Shown: positions 58,473 to 64,000 of the stretch, in pieces
Layout: every line of letters begins with the position of its first letter
Position numbering within the stretch: the first letter of the stretch is position 1
From: Candidatus Latescibacterota bacterium
GTDB lineage: Bacteria; Latescibacterota; CBDEFO01
DNA: 64,000 bases
Reading direction: 5' to 3'
Assembly: GCA_965248755.1 (NCBI GenBank)
Contig: OZ252149.1
Span: 544,001-608,000, forward strand
The notes under the pieces: generated by a model
What the model was told of the DNA's origin: nothing
What the model saw: only the letters and a program-made list of their open reading frames with translations
The model's database searches: none
Translations under genes and position numbers: made by a program

Positions 58473-58490
58473 AGGAATACCCCCTAAAAT

Positions 58491-58662
58491 CAGTAGACAG
58501 TAGACAAGGCACCTCCCCTCACTCCTTGTCCCCGACCCCCAACTGAATCTATAGGGGGTTCAATCGGGGATTGCTTCGGGGATAGCGAAGCAATCTCGAC
58601 AGACAGTAGTCCGGGGTTGGGAAGACTACCCTGTTTGCTGTCTACTGCCTTTATGCTGTCTA
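58491..58662. repeat. Composite repeat block: AGTAGAC heptamers, nested CCCCGA hairpins and a REP half
   Basis: CAGTAGACAGTAGAC; CCCCGA[CCCCCAACTGAATCTATAGGGGG]TTCAATCGGGG; GATAGCGAAGCAATCTC; TGTCTACTG. Confidence 0.75.
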
Positions 58663-58666
58663 TTAT

Positions 58667-60178
58667 TTACCCACTTATAAGCTCAGTCACAAATCCACTT
58701 AGGTTGGATGCCGATATCTTCTTTTGATACTTTTTTGCAAAATCTCCAAATTCTCTGTCCAGAATCTTCTGTACACTCCTATTTATATCCTTTGCATTAG
58801 TTAAGTAGTCTGTCATAAGTCGTATCAAGCCATCCCGAACTGTCTCTATACGACCAGCCATCTTTACCGCTGCTGTGTTCGCGATAAACCTGTCCCCATC
58901 GAAGTTGAACCCATCTGGAGTCAGTCCCACCCCCTGGAAGAGATCAGGCAGCTCTGCATATGCACGGCCCAGGGCTCTGGCGCCCAACTGGGCAGCTGAC
59001 TCTCCGGATCCTTCTGCAGCCTCTGAGACTGTCCCAAAAGCGTCCTGACAAATTTCGACCATTGTGCCAATATGATCGGGCGGAATGAAGAATTCATCGC
59101 TCCAGTCGCCCTCTGTCAAGTCAGCATAGAACTCCAGGGTCATCTTCCCACCCTTTGCAGCGCCTTTGACGCCACTTATAAGTTCCTCCACAACGTCCCC
59201 ATCTTTGGAGGCCCTATCCGTAAGGTATAGATCTGAAGGCTGTCCGTCAGCAAGCTTTACCAGAGATAGAGTGTCCCCGGCTACGACGGATATGATGCCA
59301 GAAGAGGCTGATCCCATGATACTCTGCATAAGCTGATCCACAGAGTCGCCATCTACCACTTCTTTCCTATCTGCTGTCTCCTTAAACACCACACAGAGAA
59401 TGTCGAGAAGTCTACTTTCGGCGCGACACACAGCTACTTTTATCTGCGCGTTAGACTTTGATATGGAAAAGAAGGTCTGGAAATCTGTGGCCTCTAAAAA
59501 CCCGGCATGCTCTCTCCCGGCCCCTACCATCTTTCCATCCCTGAAGAGCATAAACAACTGATTGGCTCTCAGCGCAAGCTGGAGATAGCCGCAAAAGGTT
59601 TTGTCGGTCCTTGAGATATCGTGTACGATCAGGTCTAGGTTATGAGCTGGAAGTTCACTCCACTGGCACACAATGTTTTGATACGGCAGTCTTAAAAGCC
59701 CCATAAGCTCGGCTCTCATATCCTTTGTGCCGTCGTCGAAGTCGAACTCCCACTTATCGAACCTTAAGACGTCGCCGTTTTTTAGCCCCCCTACGGCCAC
59801 TTGCTGATCGTTTACGAACGTCCCGTTCGTGCTCCCCGAATCCGCTACTGTGTAGCTGTCGCCGGCCCTTTCGATCTTGGCGTGGCATCCAGACACAGTC
59901 TCTTCAGACAGCACCAGCTCACAGGAAGAATCCCTCCTCACAGTAGTCGTCTCTTTATCCAGAGAGGACTCCACCCCGCTATATCTGCCACTCCTTCCCA
60001 CGAGCTTGGCTGCTACTCGGGCTATTGTAAACTAAAACTGAACCAGATCGAATCTGATAGTCTGACCTGGCATCAATACTTGGCGGGATACTCTCTTGTC
60101 GTCTACAAACGTGCCGTTGGTACTACCTGCATCCACCACAACGTACGTATTCCCCTCAGTACGAAGCTTCGCGTGGCC
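58667..60178 (-). pseudogene. Tandem-FHA protein with a large C-terminal domain; in-frame TAG at 60032 and 5' end lost at the island junction
   Basis: HAKL..DAGSTNGTFVDD..IRFDLVQF*FTIARVAAKLVGRSG..VSGCHAKI..DSGSTNGTFVND, all in one frame. Confidence 0.75.
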
Positions 60179-60742
60179 CCCCACTTCGACGCCCGGGGGA
60201 ACGTTACGCGGGTGGACTTCTGGCTGTTCTTCAAGGCACTCGACTACCACGAGGGCTTCCAGCACGCCCACACCCTCAAGGTGCTCCGCTGGTCCCAGGA
60301 CGCCACCTATGAGCTGGACCTGGTCAACGACCGCCAGCGGCGCTTTCACGTCGAGCTGATCTTCCCGGACTTGGAGTCGGATCTGGCGGCCGACGGGGAC
60401 CGCTGGGGCGAGTACAAGGTGGAGAACCGGGAGATGTTCGAGCGGATCGATCAAGCACTGCTCGAGGAGCACATCGAGATCGCGGAGAACTGGCCATCCT
60501 GAAGCTGAGATACATGGTCGAGTACGCGCTGCTCGACCGCATCCGGGCGCCAAATGGGTCGTCAACCGGCTGGTGGAGAATGAGGTCCAGTCAATGCCCG
60601 AGGATTTCCTGGCCTATCACCAGTCGACCGTCTCGCCCTACCGTGGCATGCGCGGGGCCGTGGTCGAGACCGACGAATACCCGTCAGCCGAGGTCTGCGC
60701 CAAGTCAATCCTGGGCAACATCGCCTCCGACCGCATCGCCTG
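60178..60742 (+). pseudogene. GC-rich fragments of one or two hypothetical genes
   Basis: HFDARGNVTRVDFWLFFKALD...AENWPS* has no start; the next ORF (MVEYALLD / HPGAKWVVNRLVENE) appears frameshifted. Confidence 0.45.
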
Positions 60743-60832
60743 ATTTGGGACAGGGTGAAAACCTTTGCGCCGCAAGGAGATCACCGGCAGCGACATTCAT
60801 GCGCCCGCTCTCGGGCTCGTCCTCGTACTCCC

Positions 60833-61443
60833 CTATTTGTAATAGAGCGCGATATAGCCGTGAAAGAGGCCCAGGATGACCGTCAGCGCGTCCAGCATCA
60901 CGTGGATAATCCCCCAGGAGGCTGTGTAAGATCTGTTGTGAATCTTGATTCCAACGGGACTCGCCACTCCAACCACCAAGTTGCCCAGGAAAACCCAACT
61001 CAGCACGGCTAGGTACCCGTAGCCGATCTCTATGCTATGAACGTAATGCTATGAACGTAAAAGAGCGCCACGACAAACACGCCACTCCTTTGATGGAGCG
61101 CTATTAGGCGGCCGACCTTCCATCGCTTAAGCCGCGCCAGGAACAGGTACCACTGCCATCCGACATACAGGATCAGACAGGTGCCGGTGGCATATTTGAA
61201 GCCGTCGACCGCTTTGAGTTGGTAAAGCCACTCCCACCGAAGATCGATGGCGTCTTGGACAAGATATACGAAAACGAGAACGACGACCGCAAGCCTCCAT
61301 TTCCATTCGGACCGCCTCGATGATATGAGTCTGCTGGCACGGATTCGAAACTGGAATCTATTGCGACCTTCGGTGTTCTCAGAGGCGGCCACTGTGGTTA
61401 TCTTTCTTGGCTGATCGCCAGGATTTCGTGCACACGGAATCAC
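60833..61443 (-). pseudogene. Membrane protein of the cytochrome cluster, frameshifted by a 14-bp duplication
   Basis: ATGCTATGAACGTA duplicated at 61032-61059; removing one copy restores FYVHSIEIGYGYLAVLSWVFLGN...HGYIALYYK*. Confidence 0.7.
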
Positions 61444-62255
61444 TCCTTGGCTCGTTGAAGCGCAAGGAGCTTTCGTAATGTCCTGGGGGACGCTCTCCGT
61501 TCCGCTTCTCCCATAAAGACATCGGCGGACGGCAAGAAGTAACCATCGGCAGGCTAGTTGTCGCCGACGGCAGGGGGGGTGGAGAATGTCGCCGCCTTCG
61601 CCAGGTACTCTCCGTAGGCTTCGTTGAATCCCTGTCGCAACGCGTTCACCATGGAGAACGCTTCATCCATGCTGACCTCCGCCTTCGGGTAGGACCAGGT
61701 CGTCTCACCCATGATGTCGCCCAACATCCAGTCGGTCTTCGTCGTTTCCGGCTCATTGTTGTGACAGCTGACACAAGCTTCAGCGACCGCGATGTCCGAG
61801 AACATGGCGGTTTAGAATTTGATGTCGTCATCGAAAAAGAACTGTGGCTCGCCAGTTCTTTTGATCTCGTTAAAGTATGTGGTCTGTAGATCTGTGAACT
61901 TGTTAGCGTCGTTGATCGGAAAGGCGGAGCCCAAGAAGAGATAGAGAGGCACCGGGTTTCGCCGCAGGCTCTCCGCAGGCTCTCGGAAAAACAAGGCGGG
62001 CAGAGGACCGGCTTCGACGTCTTGTTCCCGCCAGTCCTTATCGAACTTCAGCCATATCTCTTGACCCGCTCCCACGATCTGCTTCGTCCACAGCTCGCGC
62101 ACCGCATCGTTCTCCGCTTCGAGAATCGCAAAGACACTCGCGATGGGAATGAGTGACCCGCCAGCGGATGTGTCGCTGTCCGGGGGTGGGGCGTTCACAA
62201 TGATAACGGTGACAATGATCACGACGAGAGCGGTGGCAACTACGACAGTCTTCAT
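61440..62255 (-). pseudogene. Tll0287/DUF3365-like single-heme protein with two in-frame TAG stops
   Basis: GPLPALFFRE, LFLGSAFPIN, KF*TAMFSDIAVAEACVSCHN..WMLGDIMG, GDN*PADGYFLP. Confidence 0.7.
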
Positions 62256-62965
62256 TGTGTCCGGCCTCCCTTCGTCTTGGACGGCTCAACGATCTTTTGC
62301 AGGGAGTACGGTGACGGAGCGCCGTTAAAGTAGCTCCAGACCCGCTCCTCGGACACACCTTCCTCGATGCGTTGAGGGGTAGTGATCTTGTGGTTTCCGT
62401 GGAAGTCGTGCCATTGGAGGCAGGTGTCCCAGGACTCACTACGCACGAGTTCCACATGCGTGGGCGAGATCGGATCGTTCTTGAGCTCGGTACCTTGGTG
62501 GCAGTGCGTGCAAAAGCCGATCGTCGGCAGCGTGACCCGTTTGCCCTGGTGCTCCGTGTGACAAGCCATGCACTCGTAGACCTTGATATGCCCACGCACT
62601 TAGGCAAACCGCGGCTCGAGAAAGCGGGAGATCGGATGCCGGTCGTGGGGGCGCTCATGGCACGCCAGGCAGTCCTTGCTGTCGACGTCTTCCGATCCGA
62701 AGCCAATGGTGGATTTACGGAGACCGAGCCAGTGGTAAACGTTGGAACTCACTTGCTGCGCGACGGTGCCTCTCACCGGCGCGTGGCATTCCTGACAGCC
62801 AAGCCCCTCGTGTCCCGTATTCAGCGGGCCCTTCGCAACCACGCTGTTCCTCCCGGGGAAATTAAGAAATCCCACTAATAGCAGGCCCAGCGCGATTCCG
62901 GCGAGCAACCCGATATACCGCCACTGTTTCAGTAGCGTTTTGAGGAGAGCCGTCTTCATAGGCAT
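62252..62965 (-). pseudogene. Multiheme cytochrome c (about five heme motifs) with an in-frame TAA
   Basis: CQECH, CLACH, stop at 62600, CMACH, CTHCH, degenerate CLQWH. Confidence 0.8.
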
Positions 62966-63171
62966 GGATACAAATCAGGCTCCTACGAGGACGTTTATGC
63001 GCGGACGTTCCAACGACGCGATGGGTCCCGAAATTACGGTAAAGGATGGGTACGGCCTCGGTACGCGAGCCCCGGAAATAGCACCAGACTCCAAAAAACA
63101 TCTCTATAAAGAATCGATGGTCATTCGTTCCTCAGAGAGAAGTCAACGCCATTGTCGGGAAGCGGTGTCGA

Positions 63172-63479
63172 TCAGGCGGGCTCGTAGCGTTGGACGCTGA
63201 CCTCACTTGCTCGGGCGCGCATCTGGCGAGACCTCGTACCAGGCCTGCATCCGCAGCAGCATGTCCATACTCACGCCGAATGCCTTCTCGATGCGTAGCG
63301 CCATCTCCGGCGACAGCGAGGCGTTGCCGTTGAGCAGGGCCGAGCGTCGCCCGGCGAATCCCCAGAATCTCGGCCGCCCGAGTCACGTTCAGGCCCAATT
63401 CCTCGATGACCTCCGTGCGGATGAAGTCACCCGGATGGGAAGGGGCCATGTTCACTTTGATGCCGTTGGTAGCCATCAC
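63172..63479 (-). pseudogene. higA: HigA-family antitoxin, frameshifted
   Basis: PSHPGDFIRTEVIEELGLNVTRAAEILGIRRATL then, in another frame, LLNGNASLSPEMALRIEKAFGVSMDMLLRMQAWYE. Confidence 0.8.
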
Positions 63480-63660
63480 TGGTAATCCTCCAAGTTCAAG
63501 CGGTCGATGTAGCTGTCCTCTTTCTTCAAACGTGATCCACCAGTTTCTGGAAACCGAAACGCTCCATTCATCCTTCCTGCCGCCTGTGAGACGATGGAGG
63601 CGCCAGTCACGAGGTGCATCAGAAATAAGACCTCTTCAACTCCCCAGCGTCATGATCTTG
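63476..63660 (-). pseudogene. higB: HigB/RelE-family toxin remnant
   Basis: WRLHRLTGGRKDEWSVSVSRNWWITF...IDRLNLEDYQ*, overlapping the higA start. Confidence 0.7.
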
Positions 63661-63783
63661 CACACCCCTTGTGATCAAGTTGGGCAAGAACCGAGGTTTA
63701 AGAAAAGAGCCTATTGCGTTTCTCCCCTGGCCGGTAGAACCTCCCCCGGTCCACCGCCAGAGGCGGCGGGCTTGAGATGAGAA

Positions 63784-64000
63784 TTAAAATTCCATAAACA
63801 AGCGCGTGTACCAGAAGGCGCCGTTGTAGTCCCAGGGGGTGCTCTCCGGGCGCAGATTGCCCTGGCCCGCGGTCTCGTCGGGGTCGGCATCGGGCACCGA
63901 GTCGAGGATGTTCTGCGCCCCCAGGCCGATCCGGTAGCGCTCGCCTAAGGCATAGCCCACCTCGGCGTCGACGATGACGCCCCCGTCAAAGGAGTCGAGA
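63784..64000 (-). CDS. C-terminus of a TonB-dependent receptor (gene begins beyond the window)
   Basis: IVDAEVGYALGERYRIGLGAQNILDSVPD...PWDYNGAFWYTRLFMEF*, ending in Phe. Confidence 0.75.
   Translation of the reverse strand, partial: LDSFDGGVIVDAEVGYALGERYRIGLGAQNILDSVPDADPDETAGQGNLRPESTPWDYNGAFWYTRLFMEF

Noticed and set aside
59801..60565. 233-aa and 177-aa ORFs spanning 60178 as genuine proteins
   Set aside because: Each is a chimera of a real fragment and antisense sequence across the junction
45050..62602. Stop-codon reassignment (several in-frame TAGs)
   Set aside because: The stops appear to replace different residues (Trp, Glu, Tyr), include TAA and TGA, co-occur with frameshifts, and TAG terminates many intact genes

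Overview
Bacterial chromosomal DNA, probably an uncultured Gram-negative of the FCB superphylum or a related candidate phylum. This is inferred from two proteins with NYPNPFNP/FPNPANP FlgD-Ig C-terminal domains, cohesin/dockerin modules and a futalosine pathway; it was not verified by a search. Left part, mostly minus strand: nusG-secE-tRNA-Trp-rpmG-tRNA-Thr/Gly/Tyr with no tuf, rph, a Cys-rich DnaC/IstB-like ATPase, an amidase, smpB, a glutaredoxin-thioredoxin reductase fusion, lutABC, several enzymes and rpmB. Next is a large futalosine (menaquinone) operon lacking mqnB. The middle holds two IS1380 copies, a truncated lon, a 1,980-aa NHL/PD40/cohesin-dockerin secreted protein, dapA-dapB and two antiporter-like genes. 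The right part holds a Ser/Thr signalling cluster (FHA proteins, kinase-FGE fusion, PP2C, CHASE2 cyclase) interrupted by an M4/M36-type peptidase, then an abrupt junction into a GC-rich decaying island (multiheme cytochrome cluster, higBA, TonB receptor end). The most unusual signal is a hierarchy of tiny repeats. A 15-21 bp CCCGAT..ATCGGG hairpin appears to have inserted itself, often at YGATC^G, into genes, an IS copy, a MITE and another copy of itself. There are also two TA-flanked MITE families and an AGTAGAC heptamer family overlapping the TAG stops of several genes. All product calls come from motif recognition by eye; no database search was run.
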